Assembly (NCBI GenBank): GCA_037445065.1
Contig: JBBILD010000013.1
Location: forward strand, 1-64,000
Length of the DNA: 64,000 nt
Source: Myxococcales bacterium
GTDB taxonomy: Bacteria; Desulfobacterota; Binatia; HRBIN30
Reading direction: 5' to 3'
Under the pieces are notes generated by a model. That model was given only the letters and a program-made list of their open reading frames with translations, did not search any database and was not told the origin of the DNA. Within the stretch, counting starts at the first letter, position 1. Each line of letters begins with the position of its first letter. Shown here one piece after another: positions 8,761 to 17,171 of the stretch. A program made the translations under genes and the position numbers.

Positions 8761-11700
8761 TCTCCTCCCTCCCGAGCCAAAAAGGCAGCAGCCGTGACCA
8801 GTTCGCTCCACTGGAGGATGGCAGCCTCGACGCGCGCGAGCTGTTCACTTGGCGGAAGGTTTTCGAGATCCGGCTTGACCCCCTCGCCCAGTTCAACGAG
8901 CAGAGCAGAGGGGGAAGGACCGAATCCCTGCCGCGCCCCCTCTTCCTGCACTTCCCGCCTGTGCGCAACTCGCCGCGCCAGAGTACAAGCGACCTCCCAG
9001 AGCCTCGCCGGCTCCGCGGAGCCGCGCACCGATGGCTGGTGCCACGGATGTGGGCCGAGCAGCGGCGCGAGTTCGGCACGAAACAGGGAGGCCAGCCGCG
9101 TGGAGGCCTGCCCGTTTTGGAAGGCGTGGATCAGGTTCTGAAATGCATCCAGCGCTTTCGCACCCTTCTCAGTTGCCTGTGCCGACTCGCTCCTATCGGG
9201 TCGGCTTCCCGGAAAAGGCACGAAGCACTTGGTCCTCGAGCCAGAGCGGCGCTGAATGACGATTCCGAGCCGATTTCGACCGTGCTTCTTCGCCTCTTCG
9301 AGCGCCTCGCGTGCGGCACGCAGGGCGGAGCCCAATGGCCAGCGATAGTGGAACACGCACATACCTACCGAGGCGGTAGCGTTCCACCCGAAAGCGAGGC
9401 CCAGTCGGTCTACCTCGGACGGATCGTTCGCTGGCCACACCATACCCTGTTTTCCGAGAGAGGCCGCGACCCATGGCGCGTACGATGCACCTTCTTTCTC
9501 CGCAAACGAGCCCGGATGACCCGAGAAGCGCAAGCGCAAGCGGCGCGCAAGTTCGACCGCCTCCGGAATCGGGCAGAGAAAGAGTGCATCGTCACCCCCG
9601 GCGTATACCAGGTGACCAGGAATGTCCTCGGCCTCGATCGTCAGCGGCGCGGTAATGCGCGCGAAGGCGGCAGCGGTGGCACTGAGAGCGGCGTGATAGG
9701 CCGGGGTCACGGGCCGCGGAGTTTCGCTGATCTGCTTCAAATTGGGATAATTCTTCTCGAAGGCGGTCCATACTTGACTGTGCAAACTCGCCCCGAAGTG
9801 CGGAAAGCGCGGGTGAGTGCCGTTGAGCCACTTGCCCAACTCGTCACCGTCGAAGGACAGCACCGCCAAGTACGGCCGCGGGGGTGCGATCCCAGCTTCT
9901 TTCGCCGCGCGGCGCAACCGACCGGCCGCCGCTAAGAGCTCTTCCGGCACTTTCTCGGAAACTTCCTCGCGCGGGAACGGCAGCAGCCACTGGCCGTCAA
10001 TCTTAGCAAACTTCCTCAACCACTCCTCGCTCGAGCGGGTGGCAACATCAATCAAAGGAGCACAGTAAACGGACAAATCTCCTTTCTCGATCGCCTCTCT
10101 CTGCTGCGCCGTCTCCGCTGCTTGGACAAAGTCGCGGACCGCATCCCGCAGCTCCTTGAGCGCTTTCTCTCTGCCTGTTCCGCCTGCTGCAGCCAACCCG
10201 CGGCAGGCCTCGACCACCGCGAGTTTGAAGCCCGACGCGGCGATCTCCCCAGTCGAGGGCTGCCGGCCGAGCGCCGAGGCTTCGGTCTCTTCGAGTTCGA
10301 AGTGCCGCTTCGCAGTACACACGCCGCAAAGCTGTTCGCCTTCCTTGAGTACGTTCTGATCTTTGCGGCGGCTGTATCCCTCTGTACGCTGGATCCAGAA
10401 ATCCCCGGGGCCCAGCACTTCACGCTCACCGCACACCGCGCACTTGAGGCCACCTTCCAGCGGCAGCGTTCGGCCGGCGTAGCGTTCCTGTTTGGCGGCA
10501 AGGACGAGCATTTCCCCTTGCTCGAACACGTCGGCGTACAACACACCGGCATTCGGCTCGTAACCCAGCTCTGCCGCCCGAAATGCGTTGGCGATACGCA
10601 GACCGCGCCGCGCGTGCGCCTCGCTGCGGTGCCACACGGCCGGCGACTTCGACCACGCTTCCGGGTCAGCTTGCAAATCCCAAGGGGCAACACTCCAAAA
10701 CACTTCGAGCATCGCCTCCGCTTGGCGGCGTGCCCGCTCCTCGTACTCGCTGCCTGAGCCTGCGGCCGCACCCGCCTTGCCAGCCAAATCAACCCACCAG
10801 GTTCGCACGCTCTCCGCGCAGCGACGCGCGAGGTCCTCGGCTTGTTGCAGGGGCACGATCGCGGTGAACAAGTTTGGCAACGTCGGTACTAGCAGGGCGC
10901 GCGGCAAGTGGCGCAGCGCAGTCGCCAGTACCGCGCCGAGTGCGCTGTTGTTTGCCTCAGTAACGCCCAGTTCCTCGAGGGGCTTTGCCACCGCCGAATC
11001 GGCAGCGCTGGGGCTCGCAAAGGAACTCCCCGCCTTGGGAAGACCGAGTTGCTGCAAGAGCCAGCGGTCAAAGCGCGGCTCGAAGTACAACGATGGGTAA
11101 ATCACGTGCTCAGGTCCGAGTTCGTCGACCACCGGCAACATCGCTTGCCAGGTCAGTTCGGCGAGGAGGGAGGAAGAAGACCACAAGTCGCTCAGTTTTC
11201 GCGAGGCCGCGATGAAGTCCTGCACCGGACCGATGGCGACGCGCAGCAAGGCGGCCCCCTGCTCCCGCAACAGCAGACTTGCCAGAGCCGCTACCAGCGA
11301 AGTGTGCACCATCACCGGGTGATCGGGCATCCTCGAATCGGCAGGAAGAATTTCCCACAGCGTTCCCAGGCGGAAGCGGCGCGCCTCCTTCTCTTTCTGT
11401 TTCCGTTCGATTGCGCGAAGGAGGTCCGGCGTAAATCGCCACAGGACCAAAAACAGGAGGCGCGGGTCGCTGCTCAGCGGCGCCACGACGTCTCTCAGCT
11501 TCTCGAAAAGCGTATGCAGTTGTTGGACTTGTTCCTCCGTGACCGCCAGTTGGAAGGCCGTTCCGGTGACCGTACCCGGAACCAAGATGGATTCACCTGC
11601 GAGGGGGTGAACGATTTCCATCTCGCTTTCCGGGTTCACGGCAAACGCACGGAGCCAAGCGTGCCGGTCTGTACCGCTGGCAAGGCGGTCGGCCTTCTTC

Positions 11701-11852
11701 ACGCACTCCCACAGGCGATCCGCGACCGTCCCCACCAATTGCTCGACGAATTCTCTGCCGCGCTGCTCATGCCCCTCGAGGGTCCAGGGCTTGTGCGGTG
11801 GGTCATGAAACAACGCTGCGATCTTGGCCTTGAAGAGTTTCTCGTCACTCAT
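8757..11852 (-). CDS. cas10: Cas10/Cmr2 large subunit with HD domain and GGDD Palm cyclase
   Basis: N-terminal FHDPPHK / ADRLAS / PADSRMPDH (Cmr2 HD type), IGPVQDFIAASRKLSDLWSSS, zinc finger CAVCGER..LCGVC, FDGDELG and YAGGDD. Confidence 0.96.
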   Translation of the reverse strand: MSDEKLFKAKIAALFHDPPHKPWTLEGHEQRGREFVEQLVGTVADRLWECVKKADRLASGTDRHAWLRAFAVNPESEMEIVHPLAGESILVPGTVTGTAFQLAVTEEQVQQLHTLFEKLRDVVAPLSSDPRLLFLVLWRFTPDLLRAIERKQKEKEARRFRLGTLWEILPADSRMPDHPVMVHTSLVAALASLLLREQGAALLRVAIGPVQDFIAASRKLSDLWSSSSLLAELTWQAMLPVVDELGPEHVIYPSLYFEPRFDRWLLQQLGLPKAGSSFASPSAADSAVAKPLEELGVTEANNSALGAVLATALRHLPRALLVPTLPNLFTAIVPLQQAEDLARRCAESVRTWWVDLAGKAGAAAGSGSEYEERARRQAEAMLEVFWSVAPWDLQADPEAWSKSPAVWHRSEAHARRGLRIANAFRAAELGYEPNAGVLYADVFEQGEMLVLAAKQERYAGRTLPLEGGLKCAVCGEREVLGPGDFWIQRTEGYSRRKDQNVLKEGEQLCGVCTAKRHFELEETEASALGRQPSTGEIAASGFKLAVVEACRGLAAAGGTGREKALKELRDAVRDFVQAAETAQQREAIEKGDLSVYCAPLIDVATRSSEEWLRKFAKIDGQWLLPFPREEVSEKVPEELLAAAGRLRRAAKEAGIAPPRPYLAVLSFDGDELGKWLNGTHPRFPHFGASLHSQVWTAFEKNYPNLKQISETPRPVTPAYHAALSATAAAFARITAPLTIEAEDIPGHLVYAGGDDALFLCPIPEAVELARRLRLRFSGHPGSFAEKEGASYAPWVAASLGKQGMVWPANDPSEVDRLGLAFGWNATASVGMCVFHYRWPLGSALRAAREALEEAKKHGRNRLGIVIQRRSGSRTKCFVPFPGSRPDRSESAQATEKGAKALDAFQNLIHAFQNGQASTRLASLFRAELAPLLGPHPWHQPSVRGSAEPARLWEVACTLARRVAHRREVQEEGARQGFGPSPSALLVELGEGVKPDLENLPPSEQLARVEAAILQWSELVTAAAFLAREGGE

Positions 11853-12056
11853 TCGTTCAGCCCTCTCTCCGCCGTGCCGTGCGGAGGGAGAAGTGCGAGC
11901 CCGCCAGAGCGCCCCCTACTTTCTCCAACTGCTGCGCTCCTCCTCTCCTCCGAACGTGCACGGAGCGCCTCTCTAATGCCACCTTCCATCCTTGGCTATG
12001 CCCCCTGTCCACTTCCCAACATTGGCGCCAACGTTGGTCCCCTGACCTATGCTGCT

Positions 12057-13160
12057 CTACACGAAGCGAATCTTCGCGGGAGCGAGCTGGAGGCCATACA
12101 GCCGCCCGCCTTTGTCGCCGACCCGAACAATGGCGTACGGCTTGGCTGCTTCACCCAGTGCTTGTTGGAGGGCTGCGGCGATGTGGCTCACCTCCGGGCG
12201 AAAGTTGCGTTCGCCCCAGCGGCCGGCTCCCACCGCGAAGGACTGCCAGCTCTTCATGAGATCGCGCAGCCGGTCTGCAAACGAAGCGGCAATCTCCTTT
12301 GCAGGCAAAAAGCACTGCTCGCAGCCGGGGCACTCTTGCCTCGTTCCGTGCGCCAGGCGCCTCTCCGCGAGTAGCCAGTACATGCCCAGTTGCAGGGGGC
12401 TCAGCTTAATGGCCTGCCCGGCACAGGACAGGAGTCGCCTACCCTTGTTGATCTCCACATTCGGCTCGAGCAGAGCCGCAAGCCGAGTTTGCAAGCGTGC
12501 CACCAGCTCGCGAAACGGTGCGTTGCTCCATGAGCGATCGTTGCAGACCAGGCGCAGCCGCGGGAACGGAAGGTCGGCCAGATCCACGCGCACCTCGGTG
12601 CGCGGAACCGAACGCGTGCCAGCGGCAGTGCGTACCTTCACGACCTTGCCGCCCTTTGGCGGGAAGAAGAAGTCGGAGCTTTCGAGTTCGGCGGGCTGCA
12701 CCAACACGTGCGAAAGACGGTCGTTGGGCCGACCGCACAAGATCATGGCGGACGCAAGCAAGTAGCCCATGGTTTTGCGCCCGCCCGCAATCGAAGCGTG
12801 CAAGGGCGGTTCGAAATCCGCCGTGTACTTGCGCACCAGATCCAGGATGAACTCTGCCGCCTGCTCGCTGTCCGCAGTGGTACGCAGGTCATCCAAGGCT
12901 GCTCCGTTGGCCGCAGGGAGCAGTAACACGTTTTCCTTAGCGAGGCGGAACCGTTTTGCCTTCGGATACGCTTTTTGCAGTTGTGTCCACGCTGCCCCCT
13001 TCCCCAACAGGTCGCGCACGATCCTCTCTTTCCCAACGGTAGTGGTGATGATCACGACATCGGTCTCCGGTGGGCGCAGCTCGGACACGCACAGAGCGTA
13101 GACCGTTTCTGTAACGATTTGAGGTGTCGCTCCAGCAACAAAGAGCAGTCTCCTCTCCAC
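12057..13160 (-). CDS. NE0113-family CARF protein (putative cOA ring nuclease) with C-terminal wHTH-like domain
   Basis: VAGATPQIVTETVYAL, ITTTVG, LHASIAGGRKTMG, DRLSHVLV and LADLPFPRLR match the Cas_NE0113 pattern. The C-terminus resembles an OmpR-type wing (IKLSPLQL...RLYGL) and has a CPGCEQC insert. Start set at GTG 13160 behind GGGAGGAGG. Confidence 0.82.
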   Translation of the reverse strand: MERRLLFVAGATPQIVTETVYALCVSELRPPETDVVIITTTVGKERIVRDLLGKGAAWTQLQKAYPKAKRFRLAKENVLLLPAANGAALDDLRTTADSEQAAEFILDLVRKYTADFEPPLHASIAGGRKTMGYLLASAMILCGRPNDRLSHVLVQPAELESSDFFFPPKGGKVVKVRTAAGTRSVPRTEVRVDLADLPFPRLRLVCNDRSWSNAPFRELVARLQTRLAALLEPNVEINKGRRLLSCAGQAIKLSPLQLGMYWLLAERRLAHGTRQECPGCEQCFLPAKEIAASFADRLRDLMKSWQSFAVGAGRWGERNFRPEVSHIAAALQQALGEAAKPYAIVRVGDKGGRLYGLQLAPAKIRFV

Positions 13161-13951
13161 CGCTGCGCCTCCTCCCGGCGTGTGCGAGCGCTTTACGTTG
13201 GATCGGACCTGCGAGTCAACATGCGCTGCCAACTGCGCACGAATTTCCCGCCAACGAGCAGTGGCGAGGTACCGCTCCGGCACGGCCTCCACGGCCCAAC
13301 ACGCACCGGTTCCAGGTTCAACCGCTTTTCGATTTCTCCTGGCGTTGGCCGTGAAAATCCGGCCACCGGCGTTCTCCCACGCAGTTCGAAAACGTTTCTT
13401 GCGCGCTCTGTAGCGCCGGGTTATAGGTGGGAGCCCGATGTTCCTCGCTCGCTCAATCCGGTGCCGCGCTAGCCGTAGTGAAAAGTCGCTATGAATGTCC
13501 TGGGTAACACATGGCGCTGGCGTTTTGGTTGGCCGGCTTGGCGCTCCACCCAGCTCCGGGACTCAGGGAGCACTTTACCGTCAGTTTGCGGCCCTTCCAG
13601 AGTCCCTTCGGCCCACATTGAGGGGATTGCAGCCAAGGGCCCAACCGTTCCGCAGGTTGTAGCTGGCCACCTGATCAAGGCACCGGGCAGCGATTCGAGG
13701 AACGACCGGGTGCTACGTTTTTCTGCGCGGTACACCGATTGGGGGAAGCGTGGCGGCACAGAGGACATCGGAGCGGCGCGCTCCTACCCCACGCGGTGCG
13801 GTTTGATCGGCTGTAAGAATCCGATGGGCTCGGACGAAGACATTACGACTGCTGGGATACAGGATCGAGACAACTCGAAGAGCTCTCGAGCGAGGTCGGT
13901 TCTGCCGTCCGCCCTTCCCTCTCGGTAACAAAAAAAATGAAGGAGGAGGTA

Positions 13952-14578
13952 ATGACCAAGCCAGCGAACAAAGTCACTGGTGCGGAGTTCCTTGCCCACT
14001 GGAAGAAGATGGCTGACGAAGGGCGCTTGAACTTCAACACTGCCCTCGCCTTCCAAACTGCGATTCGTCACGTGCTCTCGTCACGCCCCGGCTGGGAGAA
14101 TCAGGATGTGAACGCGCTGACCGACGCCCAAATCGAAGACTTGCTGCGGCGTTTCGAGACGCGCGCGCGACAGGCAAACTTCCAGCAAAAGACGATTGGG
14201 GAGTACCAGCGACGGTTCCGCCAAGCAATCAACTGGCTCCGCCAGTACCTCAAAGACCCGCGGGGTTGGAAAGCGCAAACCTCGCGCCCGGTACCGCGGC
14301 CGCGTAAGCGGGCTGCTCTGCCGGGAGTGGGCAAACCGGCCGCGCTCCCAGCGCAAGTGGCGCGCGCGGTCGGCAAGCCAGCGGTGGCAAAATCGGAGGC
14401 GGCTATGGTGATGGAAGCAGCCATCAGTTCGGTGGACTACCCGTTTCCGATTCGGCCAGGGGTGGTTGCGCGGCTGAATCTGCCCACCGACCTTACGCGC
14501 TCCGAAGTGCGGCGGCTCGCGAGCTTTTTGCAAGCGCTCGCCGTAGACGCGGAACCGTCCCAGCAGCAGGGCAACTGA
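13952..14578 (+). CDS. Hypothetical protein; N-terminal helical domain resembling a tyrosine-recombinase core-binding (SAM-like) domain
   Basis: Strong SD AGGAGGAGGT before ATG 13952. Helical N-domain (NTA..FQTAIRHVL...KTIGEYQRRFRQAINW), Pro/Lys/Ala linker, and short C-domain (YPFPIRPGVVARLNLPTDLT.SEVRRLASFL). No catalytic recombinase domain. Confidence 0.7.
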   Translation: MTKPANKVTGAEFLAHWKKMADEGRLNFNTALAFQTAIRHVLSSRPGWENQDVNALTDAQIEDLLRRFETRARQANFQQKTIGEYQRRFRQAINWLRQYLKDPRGWKAQTSRPVPRPRKRAALPGVGKPAALPAQVARAVGKPAVAKSEAAMVMEAAISSVDYPFPIRPGVVARLNLPTDLTRSEVRRLASFLQALAVDAEPSQQQGN

Positions 14579-14586
14579 GTTTTCCA

Positions 14587-14852
14587 CGCGCTCGCTGGGG
14601 CGAGCCTCGGCTCTAGCTGCGCGGTTCGATTCCTCGAGCACGAGGCACCTCCCCGGAAAGTCCGGGAGAGCTAGTGCTGCGCAGCCAGCTTCTGTTGCGG
14701 GAGCCGAGATGTCCTGATCGTACGGAGGCCAAACGCGAACAGGATCGCAACCAGTGTGGGGTGGTTGCGTTCACCAAGGAGGCGCTTTCCGCGGGCTGCC
14801 ACTGAGCGGTAACCGGCGGCGTTTTTGGGCCCTCATTCGACCAGCGAGCGTG
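14587..14852 (+). ncRNA. Putative structured RNA (nested multi-stem fold)
   Basis: Closing stem 14587-14598/14841-14852. Internal stems 14606-14613/14701-14708, 14616-14625/14676-14685, 14632-14645, 14652-14666, 14711-14745 and 14746-14769. G-U pairs favour the + strand. Confidence 0.4.
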
Positions 14853-14940
14853 CTGGCCGCAGCGGTGAACGATGCGCTCGCCCCAGGCGAGCGGTGGCGG
14901 CTTGCGATCCACACCGATTGCCCCCGCAGCGCCCGGCAGA

Positions 14941-15048
14941 GCTCGATTCCTTTGTCGGGCTCCATGATACCGGGCGCAATTGATTCCCCCCGTAAGACCT
15001 ATCTCGTTAGGTGCTCGGTCCCTTTGTCGCGCTCCATGATTCTGGGCG
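14941..15048 (-). CRISPR. Degenerate two-repeat CRISPR-like mini-array (36-bp repeats, 36-bp spacer)
   Basis: Repeats 14941-14976 and 15013-15048 are 31/36 identical with 72-bp period. The minus-strand consensus ends ...GAGCCCGACAAAGGGAYCGAGC. The spacer is 17/36 GC, lower than its surroundings. Confidence 0.5.
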
Positions 15049-15075
15049 GCCTCGTTCCCTGGCAGCGGGGATAAG

Positions 15076-15108
15076 CCGCCGCTGGGCCGCTTCCGCGCCC
15101 AGCGGCGG
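15076..15108 (-). terminator. 12-bp GC hairpin downstream of the minus-strand lipoprotein gene
   Basis: CCGCCGCTGGGC / GCCCAGCGGCGG perfect stem with a 9-nt loop; the U-tract is weak. Confidence 0.4.
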
Positions 15109-15150
15109 GCACCGGCCACGATCGGCACGCCGGGAAGCGGCGACTCGCAG

Positions 15151-16989
15151 CTACTGGCAGACGATGGAAATGGTGCCGATTACGTCCAAGGTCAGTTCGC
15201 TCACCGACAAGTCCAGGATCGGGAAACCAAACCCCAGGCGGCCCTGGCTCAGGTTCCCCGCCTCGACGTTCTCGCAACCAAACGGAGAACCCTCGACTTT
15301 GGCAACGCATGGAGTCTGGCTGTCGGCTGGGCACCGAGCACCGTCGCGCAAACTCGAGTTCGTGTTCCGCTCGTCGTAAATCACGACATTCGTCGTACCC
15401 GAGGTAATCGAACCCGCAAGCGCCAACTCTCCAGCCTCCAGATCGCAGGGCTCCGTTGCCGGGGGGCAGGGGTCCGTACTCCCAGCGGGCAAGAGGCGCA
15501 GGCACAACGGCTCCGTTAGCGACACTCCTCCAGGAAGGAACGGACCGGAGCGTGTGAGCCGCACCGGGCTGTTGCACACGCCCGGGTGCGGGTTGGACTC
15601 TGCCTCTCTTCTCGCCGTGGAGACCGTGCCGTCCGGCCACGTTTCGGTCGCGGTGCAATCCGGATCCTCGGGAAATTCTCCCTCCTCCTCCGGTGGTGTA
15701 CTGGTGTTGTGGTCCTGCGCCACGATCGTGTTGTACCCCTCCGTTCCGCCGTCGCAGTCAATGAAACCGTCGCTATCCCGGCTGAGGCGCACGCACAGTG
15801 CCCCCGCACCGAGCGGCAGGTTGACGCGGTTGAACACGGTCCCCTCCCGGGGGATGAGGATGCGGCGCACACCATTTTCATCTGCAGGCTGGAAGCGCCA
15901 TTCCTGCCTTCCTGCCAAGTTGATGGACAGCCCCAAGTCGCGCGCTTGCACGAAGACGCGCGAGAAGGCCGTCCCCGCGCGCAGGGTACAGATGCGCACG
16001 AGTTCCGTTTCGCCCATGGTCTCCGTGGGTGTGGCTGTCGGAGTCGGCTGCGGGGATTCGGTCACACCAGGCGAGGCAACTTGCGTCGTCGGTGTAGCCG
16101 ACGGTGTCGGCGGTCCGGGAGTGAAGGTACGAGTGGGCGGCACGGTCAAGGTAACTGTGGGACTCGAGGTTCGCGTGGCCGTGCGCGTCCGGGTGGGGGA
16201 AAGGGTCACGGTTCGGGTGGCTGTCCGGGTGGCACTCGCGGTGAAGGTGAAGCGTGGGGTACGAACGGGCGTCGGCGTCGGAGCCAAGGCGACGTCGAGC
16301 ATTTCTTGCAACACCTCATCCGCACCGGCGATCTGCCGCGCCTTCAAGTTGACGTCCGCCGCGCCGCTGCCCACCACCGGATCGGGCAACGCCCGGATGC
16401 GGGCCAACAGGGTTTCGAGTTCGACTACGGAAGCGGCACAAAAGTCCGCACCCTGAGCGGCACGATCCAGCAACAAGCGCACCAGCGCCTCGCTTTGGAA
16501 GTCAATGTCTTGCTGGAGGTCGCTCGCGGTTACCAAGCGGCGGGTCAGTGTGCCGCTCGCAGCGTCGCCCACGTAGGCCACGTAACGGCAAACCGACGCC
16601 GGCTCCCGGCTGCCCGGGATGGGGAGTTCGTAGCGGCCGCTCGCAGCGGTGGTGGTGGTAGCAAGCGGACCTTGGATGGAGCCGTCCGCGGCAAGCACCC
16701 CGAGCGAGACCCGCACCCCGGCTCCCACCGGACGCAGGTTCGCGGCCACCAGAGCGTCTGCCGGGCGCGCCAGCAAGGCAAACTCGCGCCAAGCCCTTGG
16801 TTCGCTCGCCACGCGGCCATCGGGCATTTGCACGAGGCCGCCAAAGCGTACTTCCAGCCCCACCGTCGGGGGCGGCGGGGGTTGGCGTACAGATAAATTG
16901 GATTCGGTACCACAGCCCGCTAGCCACACTCCGCTCGCCGCCAACACAAGCGCGAGCAGCCGCTTCGTTCTGTCCATCATCGCCAGCAT
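15151..16989 (-). CDS. Putative lipoprotein with Thr/Pro-rich linker and Cys-rich C-terminal domain
   Basis: Lipobox LAGC after a hydrophobic stretch; long TPT/TRT linker; SD GGGGAGG upstream of ATG 16989. Confidence 0.7.
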   Translation of the reverse strand: MLAMMDRTKRLLALVLAASGVWLAGCGTESNLSVRQPPPPPTVGLEVRFGGLVQMPDGRVASEPRAWREFALLARPADALVAANLRPVGAGVRVSLGVLAADGSIQGPLATTTTAASGRYELPIPGSREPASVCRYVAYVGDAASGTLTRRLVTASDLQQDIDFQSEALVRLLLDRAAQGADFCAASVVELETLLARIRALPDPVVGSGAADVNLKARQIAGADEVLQEMLDVALAPTPTPVRTPRFTFTASATRTATRTVTLSPTRTRTATRTSSPTVTLTVPPTRTFTPGPPTPSATPTTQVASPGVTESPQPTPTATPTETMGETELVRICTLRAGTAFSRVFVQARDLGLSINLAGRQEWRFQPADENGVRRILIPREGTVFNRVNLPLGAGALCVRLSRDSDGFIDCDGGTEGYNTIVAQDHNTSTPPEEEGEFPEDPDCTATETWPDGTVSTARREAESNPHPGVCNSPVRLTRSGPFLPGGVSLTEPLCLRLLPAGSTDPCPPATEPCDLEAGELALAGSITSGTTNVVIYDERNTNSSLRDGARCPADSQTPCVAKVEGSPFGCENVEAGNLSQGRLGFGFPILDLSVSELTLDVIGTISIVCQ

Positions 16990-17171
16990 CGGTTCGAGTT
17001 CCCTCCCCGCACACTTCTCCGTGTCGCTTTTCTCCAGTCGATGCAACAGCCCACCTTACCGGGGCACAATGGCTACCATCCTGTGCGATTCTCCGTCAAA
17101 TGACAATCGAAAATTCCTTCTCCGGGACGATTGTTGACAGCCCGGGGTGGGCACCTTACCGTGGGGCACAT

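Noticed and set aside
14624..14666. GGTTCGATTCC (tRNA T-loop-like) and GGAAAGTCCGGG (RNase P-like) motifs
   Set aside because: There is no cloverleaf or acceptor stem, and the RNase P 3' partner motif is missing, so it is not called tRNA, tmRNA or rnpB.
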